Assembly: GCA_032250835.1 (NCBI GenBank)
Contig: JAVVEA010000005.1
Coordinates: forward strand, 1-64,000
DNA: 64,000 nt
Direction of reading: 5' to 3'
From: a bacterium
Lineage (GTDB): Bacteria; SAR324; XYD2-FULL-50-16
A model generated the notes under the pieces. That model was not told the DNA's origin and searched no databases. It saw nothing but the letters and a program-made list of their open reading frames with translations. Positions 39,001-48,852 of the stretch are shown piece by piece. Position 1 is the first letter of the stretch. Every line of letters starts with the position of its first letter. Made by a program: the position numbers and the translations under genes.

Positions 39001-40565
39001 ACTTTGTTTTTGGGGCCTTTGTCAACCACTGGCGCGCGCCCATTCGTGAAGGCTTAGAATATCTACAGAACGCCGCTCAATTGGGGGTCCGGTACGGCGA
39101 CTTTGTCGGTGCCGCCAACGCCATTGCCTACCTATTGTTCACCCACCTTGCCAACGGCACGCCCTTGGACCTGGTGGAGTTAGAGATCAAAAAACACGAG
39201 GACTTTGCCAAGCAGGTCAAAAACGAAGACCTCAACCGGGTGATCCGCACCACCCGAATGTTCCTCACCTTAAGCGAGGTGGATGAAGCCGCCACCCCGC
39301 TCCAGCGGATCGGAGATCCCAGCGCTCTAGAAGCGGCTTTAAAGGCCGGGCGGAACCAACAGCCCAACCAATGGTACTTCCTATTGATGGCTCAGTTGCA
39401 TTACCACCTCGCCCAGTATGACGAGGCCTTTGCACTGATCCAGAAGTCGGACCGGCTGACCCGTAACTACGCGCAATTGGGCGTGCCGGAACATTACTTC
39501 TATTTTTCGCTGATTGTGATGTCCAAATACCCCTCGATGAGCTTCGAGGAGCGCAAACGCTTTTGGGACATCCTGAAAAGCAACCGGGAAAAACTCAAAA
39601 AATTGGCCCAGGCCTGTGAAGCCAACTTCGAAGACCGCTACTTCTTAGTTTGCGCCGAAATGAGCGCCGCTAGCGGAAACTTCATCGAAACCATCGATCT
39701 CTATGACCGGGCCATCGACGCCGCCAAGGCTCAAGGCCGGATTCATCTTCAGGGCATGGCCAACGAGCTGGCCGCCCGCTATTACCTATCAAGAGACAAG
39801 GTCACTATCGCCCGGGCTTATCTACGTGAGGCCTTTTTGGCCTACCGCAAGTGGGGTGCTGCCGCCAAGTTAGCGGCCATGGAAGAAGAATACGGCCCCT
39901 ACCTAGAAACGGGTACGGTGGAAGCGAACAGCGACGCACAGCCCCAAGTGGGCGGTGGGCAGTTACTTGACTTGGCCGCGCTGCGCCGGACCCTAGAAAC
40001 GGTCAGTCTAGAAATTGACCCCTCTAGTTTGATCCGCAAGTTGCTCAAAGTGATCTTGGAGACCGCCGGGGCCCAACGGGGCTATTTTTTATTGGAGCAA
40101 GAAGGGCACCACCGCATCCGCGCCGAGGGTTCAGTTGACGACAGCCCGCCGATCCGTATCTGCTCACAGGCCTTTGAAGACTGCCAACGCATCGCCCAAA
40201 CGGTGATCTCTTATGTGATCCGGACCCGCAAGAAAGTCTGGCTGGACGATGCCCGCAACGAGGCGATCTTTGGTTATGATCCCTATGTAGAACAGGCCAA
40301 GCCAAAATCCATTCTGGCTTTACCGGTGATCCACCACGGCCGTATGTTGGGTATTCTTTATCTGGAAAACAACCTGACCACCCACGCCTTCAGCCGAGAC
40401 CGGGTAGACTTTTTGGTGCTGCTGGTGTCTCAGGTGGCCATTTCTTTGGAAAACTCCAGCCTATACGCCAGTTTGGCCCGTACTACTGAAGAACTCCGCC
40501 ATTCCAAAGCCGGCTTGGAGCGCCGGATCAATGATTTGGAATCCAAATTGGCTGAAGCCCCATGA
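36090..40565 (+). CDS. Ser/Thr kinase-like + AAA ATPase + helical repeat + GAF protein, no C-terminal output domain
   Basis: HKDLTPFNIL, YQAPEQSGR, Walker A GAAGLGKS, TNGNPFF, GAF with SILALP..GILYLENN. Confidence 0.9.
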   Translation: MTLISEYPQFQLILDHPYAELYRAEKEHGLIKRVILQTLTNEAREIIEAIDPKSSLPQLIPPHQIRLKKGEFLLVYENCDLLFLPQYVTGPMESGAFLDLAVNLVAAVEGLHKNGLIHKDLTPFNILIDPVGSKTYLTGFYCAQGRNLLESDISPFHNLEEAFVYQAPEQSGRINREVGASVDLYALGAIFFELLSGHPPFATKDQMELIHSHIAIVPPPLSVERPDVPPVLDRILQKLLAKTAQERYRTASSLLSDLLHCQRDWQEKQRVDDFELDFRATEHNFRLPTRMYGVEEHRRTLTEAFDQVALGGVEMLMVKGAAGLGKSSLVKLIKGPLKERGGYLIEGRFERQHKDTPYFSLREAFEDLVAHLLTQEEKQLEVWRKRLKYELGENLPILADLLPDLRLILGSDLPNLPVDPLEIQNRIGHAIQKFLGCFTQEGKPLVIFLDNFHFADSASLLALQQFLTDVNSRHLMLLVAFRDSLALQSVSLNMFLEEVEKSGVPIKELRVRPLREKDLNAMLAEAYGSEQDFSELAHLILDKTNGNPFFVKQLLEHLNENSLISWDEAVGTWVWQIEDIHKTAQSKDVVDLLIQKINSLSPESAETIKTAACIGTQFDLNTLALSLDLTPQVLMERLEEPLKKGLIYREVRANDEEISFHFLHNRIHMAALSLWEPKEKRERHLIIGRHLVAHRPEHPTEDWVFKTVNQLNLAVELISEPFERHELARLNLMAGDYSRAIAAYETAWTYYSQGTELLREDSWRSDYELSKELFVRRAEAEYFTGNTEAFKPIFQLLYDNLRSDEEREEVINIKLNLFIKTGDLKQALEIGVDAINHFSDEKVPPNDSEVTIVAQVKMQEMAARLAKHKIETLQFLDPMKNGRKQALMKLVGNVIPAAVIARRNLWVYLTLKMVETSLNEGNCPSSAYGYMNYAVLLCAGMEDYQQGYTMGKMALDLNRQVENRALSSQLNFVFGAFVNHWRAPIREGLEYLQNAAQLGVRYGDFVGAANAIAYLLFTHLANGTPLDLVELEIKKHEDFAKQVKNEDLNRVIRTTRMFLTLSEVDEAATPLQRIGDPSALEAALKAGRNQQPNQWYFLLMAQLHYHLAQYDEAFALIQKSDRLTRNYAQLGVPEHYFYFSLIVMSKYPSMSFEERKRFWDILKSNREKLKKLAQACEANFEDRYFLVCAEMSAASGNFIETIDLYDRAIDAAKAQGRIHLQGMANELAARYYLSRDKVTIARAYLREAFLAYRKWGAAAKLAAMEEEYGPYLETGTVEANSDAQPQVGGGQLLDLAALRRTLETVSLEIDPSSLIRKLLKVILETAGAQRGYFLLEQEGHHRIRAEGSVDDSPPIRICSQAFEDCQRIAQTVISYVIRTRKKVWLDDARNEAIFGYDPYVEQAKPKSILALPVIHHGRMLGILYLENNLTTHAFSRDRVDFLVLLVSQVAISLENSSLYASLARTTEELRHSKAGLERRINDLESKLAEAP

Positions 40566-41806
40566 GGAACTTACAGTTTTATACACTGCAACGTTTCTTC
40601 CCAAAGCCCTGGTTCAATAACATCAATCTGGGGATTGCGGGACTGATCTTCGTCTATATGCTACTCTATCCGCCCTTTGTCAGCCATGTTGCTTTTGCGG
40701 CAGAAATTCGCTTATTCATTGAATTTTTTGTCATCCTCATACTCATGGGGCTTTACTTAGTCCGCAATGACTATAAGTTCAGCCAGCATTTTTTATGGAC
40801 CATGATCACCGTAGGGCTCTACGGCTTTTTGGGCGGCGACGCCCCGCAACAGGTGCTGTCCTTTTTCCTAAAAATGCTGTTCCTGTTGGTGATCTTGCGA
40901 GCCCTAGACCGCAACTTAGGTGTCTACCTTTGGGTGCGCCAGCTTTGGATCTGGCTATGGGCCGCCTTTTTTTTCATGGCAGTGCTAGGCGTTTTGGGCA
41001 AAGCTGGGGGCCTGATCGGTTTTAGCGCCTTTCCGGCAAAGACCGCCTACCCCTACCAGTTCCATCCTCTAGTAGGTAATTTACTGGAAAAGAACGTGCT
41101 CGGGCGGCTACTTCCCCGCTATACCGGCTACTTCGATGAGCCCGGCTTGTTTGGACTTTTTGCCGGCATCAACTACTTTATCGCCCGTGACCTATTTACC
41201 GAAAAGAGCCGCCAAAAGGTCTGGGCCACCTTTGCTTTGGTGGCGGCGGTATTGAGTCTGTCTTACTCGCTTTATTTGTTCCTGGTGCTTTATTTTGGCT
41301 TTCTCTGGACTAGGCGGGTGCGTATCTCGGTCTCTTTGATCTTAACCTTAGTCGCCGCGATTGCGTTGCCGACCATTGCCTATATCTTTTTTAATCCCGA
41401 AGCGCTACCCAACTCCTCTGTGTTAGACCGGGCCCAGTCCATTTTTAACGCCTTGGGGGCATTTTTAGCGGCGGACTTACAGCAGATGATCTTTGGCATC
41501 GGCATCCTGCCCTTAAAAGAGTTGATCGAAGGCGGAGCCACCTCTGGGCTCTTGCAGATTCTTTTTGCTCGGGGCATCTTGCTAACGGGATACTTTTACT
41601 GGTTGATCTACCGAATGGGCCGCCACAACGGCCCTTTGATGCTTTTTGTACTCTACTATAGTCTCACCTTTGATTTTTTCTGGTACCCTCTCTTTTTAAC
41701 TGGATTAGCCCTCAGCTTCCTGGGCCATCACCACCAATTGGAATCTCTGGACTTTGTTAAGGACCCCCATGACCACCGAAAAGAACCAAGACCCCAACCA
41801 GCCTGA
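40562..41806 (+). CDS. Polytopic membrane protein, O-antigen polymerase (Wzy)-like
   Basis: About 10-11 hydrophobic segments; RYTGYFDEPGLF and SVLDR motifs. Confidence 0.55.
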   Translation: MRNLQFYTLQRFFPKPWFNNINLGIAGLIFVYMLLYPPFVSHVAFAAEIRLFIEFFVILILMGLYLVRNDYKFSQHFLWTMITVGLYGFLGGDAPQQVLSFFLKMLFLLVILRALDRNLGVYLWVRQLWIWLWAAFFFMAVLGVLGKAGGLIGFSAFPAKTAYPYQFHPLVGNLLEKNVLGRLLPRYTGYFDEPGLFGLFAGINYFIARDLFTEKSRQKVWATFALVAAVLSLSYSLYLFLVLYFGFLWTRRVRISVSLILTLVAAIALPTIAYIFFNPEALPNSSVLDRAQSIFNALGAFLAADLQQMIFGIGILPLKELIEGGATSGLLQILFARGILLTGYFYWLIYRMGRHNGPLMLFVLYYSLTFDFFWYPLFLTGLALSFLGHHHQLESLDFVKDPHDHRKEPRPQPA

Positions 41807-42623
41807 CCCCAATAAGGAGCAGCCGGAAGCACCAGTCGAACCCTCGGAGCCCCCAGTAGAGCCGCCGCAAGAAGAACCAACCGAACCCGTTCCTCCAGAG
41901 GAGCCAACTGGACCCGGTGCGCCCGATGAAATACCCCCGCCGCCCGAAGAGCCCTTGACTCCGCCGCGGCCACCTGAAGACGAGCCCTTCGACTTCACCA
42001 AGCGACTGCGGGAGCGCCCCTTTAACTTGATCGCCTTTTTCTTTGCGCCCTTTTATTATATCGGCTACGGACAGATTGTAAGAGGCATTGCCTTTTTCTT
42101 TCTCTCCTTGATTCCCGTCGGGGCCATTTTGGTGTCCTTCTGGGCTGGGTTCCGGGCCAATAAGGAGTTACCGATCGGTGAGGTCCCCTTCAATTGGCGC
42201 AATGTCGGCCTTTCACTGGCTGGGTTTACTCTATTGGTCATCCTTTTAAGGCCTCAGATAGAGGAGATGTTCGGCCCCAATCCCCAAGGCCCCCTGATGG
42301 GCCAGTCGACCCCCTCGAACCTTGAAGGGCGCTTGGGCTTTAGCCCAGAAATTTTCTGTAGTGGTTTGGCTCGAAGGGGCGGATTGCGCAGCGAGCCTAT
42401 TTGCCTTAGGCTAGAAAGAGGAGCCTTAGAACAGATCGGCAGCCTCAACCCCAGCGCTGAAAACAAGCAACTCTGCCTTCAATATGCCCAAGCGGCGGGC
42501 GGGTCCAATCAATTGCTGCTGAATTGCCTGTTGGCTCCTCGGGTCAACCCCCAACCAGATCCGAGTCCCATAGAACCGCGCAATATGGCCCCGCGCTTCA
42601 GCGACCCCCTGCGGAGTAGGTAA
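41769..42623 (+). CDS. Membrane protein with Pro/Glu-rich N-terminus (DUF2628-like core)
   Basis: EPPVEPP low-complexity region; FNLIAFFFAPFYY followed by TM helices. Confidence 0.6.
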   Translation: MTTEKNQDPNQPDPNKEQPEAPVEPSEPPVEPPQEEPTEPVPPEEPTGPGAPDEIPPPPEEPLTPPRPPEDEPFDFTKRLRERPFNLIAFFFAPFYYIGYGQIVRGIAFFFLSLIPVGAILVSFWAGFRANKELPIGEVPFNWRNVGLSLAGFTLLVILLRPQIEEMFGPNPQGPLMGQSTPSNLEGRLGFSPEIFCSGLARRGGLRSEPICLRLERGALEQIGSLNPSAENKQLCLQYAQAAGGSNQLLLNCLLAPRVNPQPDPSPIEPRNMAPRFSDPLRSR

Positions 42624-42624
42624 G

Positions 42625-42957
42625 ATGAACGCTTGGCTTTGGTTGCTTTTGGCGATTGCCGCTGAAGTGGGCGGGACCAGTGCGTTAAAGGCCTCCGAAG
42701 GGTTCACCCGGCCGGTCATGGGGATTTGGGTCTTTATCTGCTACTGCGCCAGTTTTTGGTGTCTTTCCAAGGCCATCACCCAGATCCCCCTAGGGGTAGC
42801 CTATGCCGTTTGGTCCGGGTTGGGCATGTGCGCCTTGGCCATTGTCGGATGGATAGTTTACCACCAAAAACCGGACCTCGGTGCCTGGGTTGGGATGGGA
42901 TTGATCCTCCTGGGTGTGGTGGTCCTTCAATTATTCTCTAAAACTCAGGCTACTTGA
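42625..42957 (+). CDS. SMR family multidrug efflux transporter
   Basis: AIAAEV..TSALK.SEGFT, IPLGVAYAVWSG. Confidence 0.92.
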   Translation: MNAWLWLLLAIAAEVGGTSALKASEGFTRPVMGIWVFICYCASFWCLSKAITQIPLGVAYAVWSGLGMCALAIVGWIVYHQKPDLGAWVGMGLILLGVVVLQLFSKTQAT

Positions 42958-42964
42958 GCTGCTT

Positions 42965-43753
42965 ATGGACTTATCGCTAAAGGGCAAACGAGCCTTTCTT
43001 TCGGCCTCAAGCCGGGGCATCGGCCTGGGTGTCGCCCAGGTATTGGCCGCCGAAGGAGCTAGGCTGCACCTAGGCGCGCGTGACCTAGTCAGCTTAGAGC
43101 GTACCGCTAAAACTCTAGAAGACCAATATGGCCAAGCAGTCAGCTTTGCGCCCTTGGACATGTCCCGAGGCCCCTCGATTAACGAATGGGCCCAAATCGG
43201 GTTGCAACAATTAGGCGGTGCCGACCTGGCTTTGGTCAACGCGGGAGGACCCCCGGCGGGGGCTTTTTTGGGTTTCGAGGAAGCTCATTGGCAAGGGGCC
43301 TTTGAAACCAACCTACTCTCGGCGGTACGCCTAATCCGCGCCCTCTTGCCTTCGATGACCGCACAGGGGGCAGGGTCTTTGCTCTGCATCACCTCCACTG
43401 CCGTCAAGGAGCCTTTAGAGGGCCTGATTTTGTCTAATGTGATGCGCGCCGGGGTGGCGGCATTGGTGAAGAGTTTGTCCCGCGAATTGGGGCCCCAGGG
43501 CATCCGCATCAATAATTTGATGCCCGGCCGGATCGATACGGACCGAATCGCCAGTTTAGATGCCGCCCAAGGGCAAGCAAGGGGCACCACCGCCGCAGTA
43601 CAGCGAAAACTCGCCGAGCAAAGCATCCCCCTGAGGCGCTATGGGACCATAGAGGAGATGGGCCAAGCAGCGGCCTTTTTGTTGAGCGACGCCGCCAGCT
43701 ACCTAAGCGGCCAAAGCTTGGCGCTAGACGGAGGCCTGCTCAAGGCGCTTTAG
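42965..43753 (+). CDS. SDR family oxidoreductase
   Basis: ASSRGIG, NAGGPP, PGRIDTDR, DGG. Confidence 0.9.
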   Translation: MDLSLKGKRAFLSASSRGIGLGVAQVLAAEGARLHLGARDLVSLERTAKTLEDQYGQAVSFAPLDMSRGPSINEWAQIGLQQLGGADLALVNAGGPPAGAFLGFEEAHWQGAFETNLLSAVRLIRALLPSMTAQGAGSLLCITSTAVKEPLEGLILSNVMRAGVAALVKSLSRELGPQGIRINNLMPGRIDTDRIASLDAAQGQARGTTAAVQRKLAEQSIPLRRYGTIEEMGQAAAFLLSDAASYLSGQSLALDGGLLKAL

Positions 43754-46305
43754 CCCCCAGCCTTCAGGGCAACACGCAGGCGCTCGACGCCGTCGCTGAT
43801 CGATTGGGCCTGAAGCGCTTGTAAGTCAAATTGCGAACGGATGGAGCTGATTTTAGCCACCTTCTTGCGGTAATCGTCGGTTTCAAAAATCAAGTTGATC
43901 TGGGACTGCTCTAAAAGCTTCAAAAAACCTTTGGCGAAGTTACGGAACACCGAGGGATAAGGCTCAAGGTTTTTTGCAATACTCCCGATGCTGATCATCG
44001 GCTTTTCAGTTAGCGACAAAGAGAAGTAAGACTCCTCCACCGGCTGTTTGAGCCGAAGAAATAAGCGGCGCATCTCTTCTTCAATCTGGTGGAATACCTC
44101 TACCCGCTCGGGCAGAGCCTTGGGGCCTGATTCATGGGCGCGGACTAGTTCGACCATTTCGGTTAGATGCAAGCGGAATTTGGTATAAGCTTGGTTACCT
44201 ACCTCATCTAAGCTGAGGCTTGGGTTTTCGGTTTTGATACGCCGGATCAGCTGGTTATAGACCTGTTTTGACAGTTGGTTAGTCACCATACCTTCGGGGG
44301 GTCCAGCCTTGATGCTGAGCATATCACGCAAATAATGGATCACCGCCTTGCCCTGTACCGGGGTCAATTTAACCGGCTTGTTTTCAAACTCCTGCACCCG
44401 GCGCTCCAGGTCGCGTACCGTTTCGGCCTTGATCCATTTATCGTAATGCTGGTCCCGCTCTTTGACCAAATCACCGGCAAAGGACAGCATTTTGTCGCAC
44501 AACCATTGCAGGATCAGAGTATACTGCCGGGTGATTTGGGCAACGTCCCACTTTTCCTTTTCCCAAGGAAGCTCTTGGCGAGGCAAACAAATCAGGCAGT
44601 AAGCCGTATCTATTGGGTCATTCTCCCCCCTAGCGGGCGTGACCACCTTCAGGGCCTTAGCCTCATCTTCGGCGATTCCGGCCCAAGCGGTACCGCCCAA
44701 CAAAACGCCGGGTTTAAGAAAAAAGAGATCTTTATCGCCCTGTTTGAGCGTCAACCCGCTAGAAACAGGGAACCAATAGTTCGCCGCCAATTCACTAGGC
44801 TGCATAAAGTCGCCCGGCGTGGCGCGGAAAACATAAAACAGATTGTTGGCGACAGGAGCCGGGAGGCTGGGGATATTCAGCCCTAAGGTAGTCGCAAGGA
44901 AATTGTAGGCCTGCTCGATGCTCTGGCGCACAGCCTTCGAGCCCGAAGCCTTGACTAGGTCAATCCCGCGCGGAACTTCCTCATGGGTGTAATAAATCTC
45001 GCCCAGCCGCTTACCAACAGGAACCTCGACTTTACGCATGTGGGCATCGTAGCTGCGCATCATTTCGCGGGCCATGCGGTTGACTTGGGCCAAATCCACT
45101 GGTTTTTCTTCCTGGGCCTTGCCTAGGTCCAAGCTCATGCTGCGGACCCGCTCTAAAAAGCTTTGCATCCGCACAATGGAGCCGTTAAACTCATTTTCGC
45201 TTTTGGCGGCAATTTGGGCCGTCTTTTGGGCAAGCAGCGCTTTAATCCAGTTGGGCCGGGGGATCTTGAAGGCCGCTTCAAAGCTTTCCAGATAAGCAAA
45301 AAGATCTAAAAAGTTAATTTTTTGTCCCTTGCCGAAATGGGCTTCGGCTTGGTGTTCGATGCCCTCAATCAGCTCAAAGCGCTTTTCAAAGCTCCGCAGC
45401 AGGGTCAAAAGTTTGACCCGGAACAACTTGGGGTTAAATAGTTCGACTTCACCAATATCGATGGGCAGCGCCTTTTTGGGGAGGTGCTTGAGCACTCCTT
45501 TGGCGATTTCTTCTAGCCAACCTTGCCACAGCCGGTGCCGGGCCATGCTGTACTCCTCGGGCTTGAGCCGCTTCTTTAAAGGAGCCATCTTCAAGGTCAG
45601 AAATTTGGCCATCACCGCATAAAGATTTGGCCCCGTCGTATCTAAGTCGTCGGGCCAGCGGAAACCAATCAGTTTGTTGACCTGACGTTTGACATGTTCC
45701 CAAGTCTTGGGGTCCCAGTTGAGGTTTTTCTGGGACTCTAGGGATTTGGCAATCAGCTTGGTGTTGAGCGCATTCAAGAGGCTGTTCGCTTCTTCCCACA
45801 GGGCTTTCTGGTGAGCCATGTAGCTGAAGAGGCGGTCTTGAATGGTTTGGAACATGGCCGCGAAGATCGCCGATTCCTGCCCAAACTGGGGGTCTGGGAC
45901 CTGGGCCTTGAAGTCTTTGATGAACAATCCCATCGGGATTTTTAAAAACAAACAAACCGACCCCTTGGCGACGCGGATGGTGGCGGCGCGTGTCGAGTCG
46001 GACTCGATAATGCCCTTATCCCCCAACAGCGTGGGGCCTTTCATCTCCACCACCTGCTTACCGCCCACTAAGACGTCAACTTTGCCTTCACAGAGCAAGA
46101 ACAGATCTCGTCCTTTTTCCCCCTCGATGATGATGTCTTGTCCGGTGGAAAAAAAGCCGAACTGAACCGATTTGACCAAGCGTTTGCCCAAGACGCCCAG
46201 ACAAGACCGAGTCAAGGGGTAGGCGGCCAGTAGCTCTTCGCCAAAAGCAGCGGCGCGGTCGCCTGCTTCATGCAGGGTGTAATATCGATTGTAATCCCAG
46301 CTCAT
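43750..46305 (-). CDS. Large protein with N-terminal cyclic-nucleotide-binding domain
   Basis: IIIEGEKGRDLFLLCEGKVDV...LLGDKG...RAATI; rest unrecognised. Confidence 0.75.
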   Translation of the reverse strand: MSWDYNRYYTLHEAGDRAAAFGEELLAAYPLTRSCLGVLGKRLVKSVQFGFFSTGQDIIIEGEKGRDLFLLCEGKVDVLVGGKQVVEMKGPTLLGDKGIIESDSTRAATIRVAKGSVCLFLKIPMGLFIKDFKAQVPDPQFGQESAIFAAMFQTIQDRLFSYMAHQKALWEEANSLLNALNTKLIAKSLESQKNLNWDPKTWEHVKRQVNKLIGFRWPDDLDTTGPNLYAVMAKFLTLKMAPLKKRLKPEEYSMARHRLWQGWLEEIAKGVLKHLPKKALPIDIGEVELFNPKLFRVKLLTLLRSFEKRFELIEGIEHQAEAHFGKGQKINFLDLFAYLESFEAAFKIPRPNWIKALLAQKTAQIAAKSENEFNGSIVRMQSFLERVRSMSLDLGKAQEEKPVDLAQVNRMAREMMRSYDAHMRKVEVPVGKRLGEIYYTHEEVPRGIDLVKASGSKAVRQSIEQAYNFLATTLGLNIPSLPAPVANNLFYVFRATPGDFMQPSELAANYWFPVSSGLTLKQGDKDLFFLKPGVLLGGTAWAGIAEDEAKALKVVTPARGENDPIDTAYCLICLPRQELPWEKEKWDVAQITRQYTLILQWLCDKMLSFAGDLVKERDQHYDKWIKAETVRDLERRVQEFENKPVKLTPVQGKAVIHYLRDMLSIKAGPPEGMVTNQLSKQVYNQLIRRIKTENPSLSLDEVGNQAYTKFRLHLTEMVELVRAHESGPKALPERVEVFHQIEEEMRRLFLRLKQPVEESYFSLSLTEKPMISIGSIAKNLEPYPSVFRNFAKGFLKLLEQSQINLIFETDDYRKKVAKISSIRSQFDLQALQAQSISDGVERLRVALKAGG

Positions 46306-46367
46306 TTCCTTGAGTCCCTTGGCCCGAAATCACGATGATCGAATGGGGTTCCCCTGTTATGCACGAC

Positions 46368-48479
46368 CTATTCCGTTTCCTGAGCGGCTCGTTTTTCGGC
46401 GATTAGGGCACCTACGCTGGCCAGTTTGCCATAGATAACTTCTTGGGAAAAGGGCTTTCCCACGTAATCGTCCATTCCGCCTTTTAGATAACGTTGTTTG
46501 TCGTCATCAAAGACATTGGCGGTCAGGGCAATGATGAACGGGGCCTTGACGCCCATTTTGGCCTGTATTCGCTGGGTAGCGGTCAGGCCGTCCATCTCGG
46601 GCATCTGGATATCCATAAACACCAAGTCGTACTTCTTGATGGCCACGCGGCTGAGCGCCTCAAGCCCGTTGTTGGCAACATCGGGCTGGTAACCGGCTTT
46701 GATCAATAACTTGGCTAGTAGACGCTGGTTGATCCGGTTGTCTTCCACCACCAGAATATCCATCGGATAACTTTCGCCCATCAACTGGCCCAGAACCTCG
46801 GGCCGTTCTAGGTGGTATTTACCCAAAAGGTCGTTGAGCGCGCGCCGCAAGCTACGCTCACGGATGGGCTTAAAGAGGTGGCGGCAATGGTCGGTCAACA
46901 CCTTCATCCCCGAGCCTTGCCCCATGCGCGTCACCAACAACAAAGGCAGTTTGGCTCTGCTGGGCAGTGCGGCAATTTGCTCTAACAGTCTAGCCCCGCT
47001 GGATTCGGTCCCTTCGAGGCACAGGATGGCCAAGTCAAAGCTCTGCTCTCCCGCTAAGGTTTCCATCAGCTCTTCACGCATGCGGATCAGTTGGACGTCC
47101 ATGCCCCAGCGGCTGAGCCTTTCGACCAAGGCTTCCCCCTGCTCTAGGCTGCGTTCAAAAACCACCACGTGCTTCCCTTCAGGTAAGGTCCATTCGGGCT
47201 CCACCACTCTAGCCACCGGCTCAACGGGGACCGCAAAAAAGAACCGACTGCCCTTACCTTCTTCGCTCTCAAACCAAATACGAGCGTCCATCAATTCGCA
47301 AAGGTGCTTGGAAATAACCAGCCCCAGCCCGGTCCCGCCGTGGCGGCGGGTGATGGAGCTATCGACCTGATAAAAGGGTTGGAACAATTCATCCTGTTTG
47401 GGTTCCGGGATGCCAATGCCGCTGTCGCGTACCTCAAAAACCAATTCGTCGCCTGCTTCATGTCCTTCTTGGGCGATGTGCATCTCGGCTAGTAATTGGA
47501 CGTCCCCCGTATCGGTAAATTTGATGGCATTGGAGAGTAGGTTGTTGATTACCTGAGCAATGCGCTTAGCGTCGCCACGGATGGCCAAGGGGAGATCGCC
47601 GGGTAAGCGGCTGAAGAGTTCTAATCCGCGGTTCGCCGCCGCCGCAGCGTGGATCGCCAAGCAGTCTTCAATGACCTCGCGCGGATTGAGTTCTTCGATC
47701 TCAACCCGTAGGTCTTCTTCTTCTAGCTGACTGTAATCTAAAATGTCATTAATGATCCCTAAGAGATTGCGCCCGCTCATCAAGATCGAATCGGTGAACT
47801 CACGCTGCTCTGAGTTGACTTCGGAACTTAGCAGCAATTCAGCCATCCCCAAAATCCCGTTTAAGGGGGTGCGGATTTCGTGGCTCATGGTGGCAATGAA
47901 GGCGGCCTTGGCGTTGGCCGCCGACTCGGCAATCTTCTTTTCCTTTTGCAGCTGCTTGTGTTTTTCCGCTAGCGCTTGCTGGGTCTTATTTAGGTAGATG
48001 TTGACGATTTCATACTGTTTGGCCTTGTAGGTGGTCAGCGCCAGCTTGTCGGTCAACACGGCCGCAAAGAGGCGGTAGAGAATATGGTTGATCCGCTCGA
48101 CGTCAATGTCGGTGTACTTGCCAATATTGCGGCCCTTGACCGTAAAGACCTGTACCCGGGTCTTGGCGAGAACGGTGGCACTGGCGGGTTTGGAGCTGAT
48201 CACGCTCATTTCGCCAAAGAGGTCCCCCTGGCGCTTGAGTTCTAGAATGAATTCACCGCCCGAATAGATTTCCACCCCGCCGCGGATCAAGAAGAAGACC
48301 CGGTCGTTCTCTTGGCCTTCGACTAAAATTTCATCGCCTGGCTCATAGGTGCGTAAATCGGCCAACGGAACGAGCTGGTTGAGCAAATCGCCGGGAATAT
48401 GGCTGAACAAGCGCGAAGCGCGCATGTATTCGATCAGCTCTTCATTTCGGTTGTTGATGAATTCATCTTGGAAGGACAT
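46368..48479 (-). CDS. Hybrid sensor histidine kinase with cNMP-binding input domain and receiver domains
   Basis: FGEMS; MSHEIRTPLNG; NLLSNAIKFT; GGTGLGL; VFMDIQMPEMDG. Confidence 0.93.
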   Translation of the reverse strand: MSFQDEFINNRNEELIEYMRASRLFSHIPGDLLNQLVPLADLRTYEPGDEILVEGQENDRVFFLIRGGVEIYSGGEFILELKRQGDLFGEMSVISSKPASATVLAKTRVQVFTVKGRNIGKYTDIDVERINHILYRLFAAVLTDKLALTTYKAKQYEIVNIYLNKTQQALAEKHKQLQKEKKIAESAANAKAAFIATMSHEIRTPLNGILGMAELLLSSEVNSEQREFTDSILMSGRNLLGIINDILDYSQLEEEDLRVEIEELNPREVIEDCLAIHAAAAANRGLELFSRLPGDLPLAIRGDAKRIAQVINNLLSNAIKFTDTGDVQLLAEMHIAQEGHEAGDELVFEVRDSGIGIPEPKQDELFQPFYQVDSSITRRHGGTGLGLVISKHLCELMDARIWFESEEGKGSRFFFAVPVEPVARVVEPEWTLPEGKHVVVFERSLEQGEALVERLSRWGMDVQLIRMREELMETLAGEQSFDLAILCLEGTESSGARLLEQIAALPSRAKLPLLLVTRMGQGSGMKVLTDHCRHLFKPIRERSLRRALNDLLGKYHLERPEVLGQLMGESYPMDILVVEDNRINQRLLAKLLIKAGYQPDVANNGLEALSRVAIKKYDLVFMDIQMPEMDGLTATQRIQAKMGVKAPFIIALTANVFDDDKQRYLKGGMDDYVGKPFSQEVIYGKLASVGALIAEKRAAQETE

Positions 48480-48754
48480 GGCTTCAGCCCACTTTTGGGT
48501 TTTAGGGCCAGTATAGCCACCTATCAAAGGGATTGAAAGGCTTAATTGCTTTAGCCATTACCGCAAAGACAACCGGGCGAGCCCAAACCAGCCAATGCCT
48601 AAGGGACAAGCAGGAAAGGCGAAGCACAAGAAAAACCAGGGGGACTTTGACGGGCCTTCCCTTAAGGGAGTCGCCGACTAAATAAGAAGAGATTGCCAAT
48701 CTGGCAAAAGGCGCGTCTTTGATGATGCCGCTAAGATACGAATATCTTAGGAAT

Positions 48755-48831
48755 TGGCATCCCCAAGGGGATTCGAACCCCTGTTACCAACGTGAAAGGC
48801 TGGTGTCCTAGGCCGACTAGACGATGGGGAC
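48755..48831 (-). tRNA. tRNA-Glu(TTC)
   Basis: Cloverleaf GTCCCCATCG...CCAGC-CTTTCAC-GTTGG...GGTTCGAATCCC...TGCCA. Confidence 0.96.
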
Positions 48832-48852
48832 GCTTCTGTTCTATCCGCGGAA

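Noticed and set aside
41769-41985. Pro/Glu-rich repeats as a DNA repeat element
   Set aside because: Low-complexity protein linker with varied codons
48630-48700. Possible decayed tRNA-Glu copy or att site (CCAGGGGGA..GCCGACTA)
   Set aside because: Only short matches with wrong spacing; no integrase nearby
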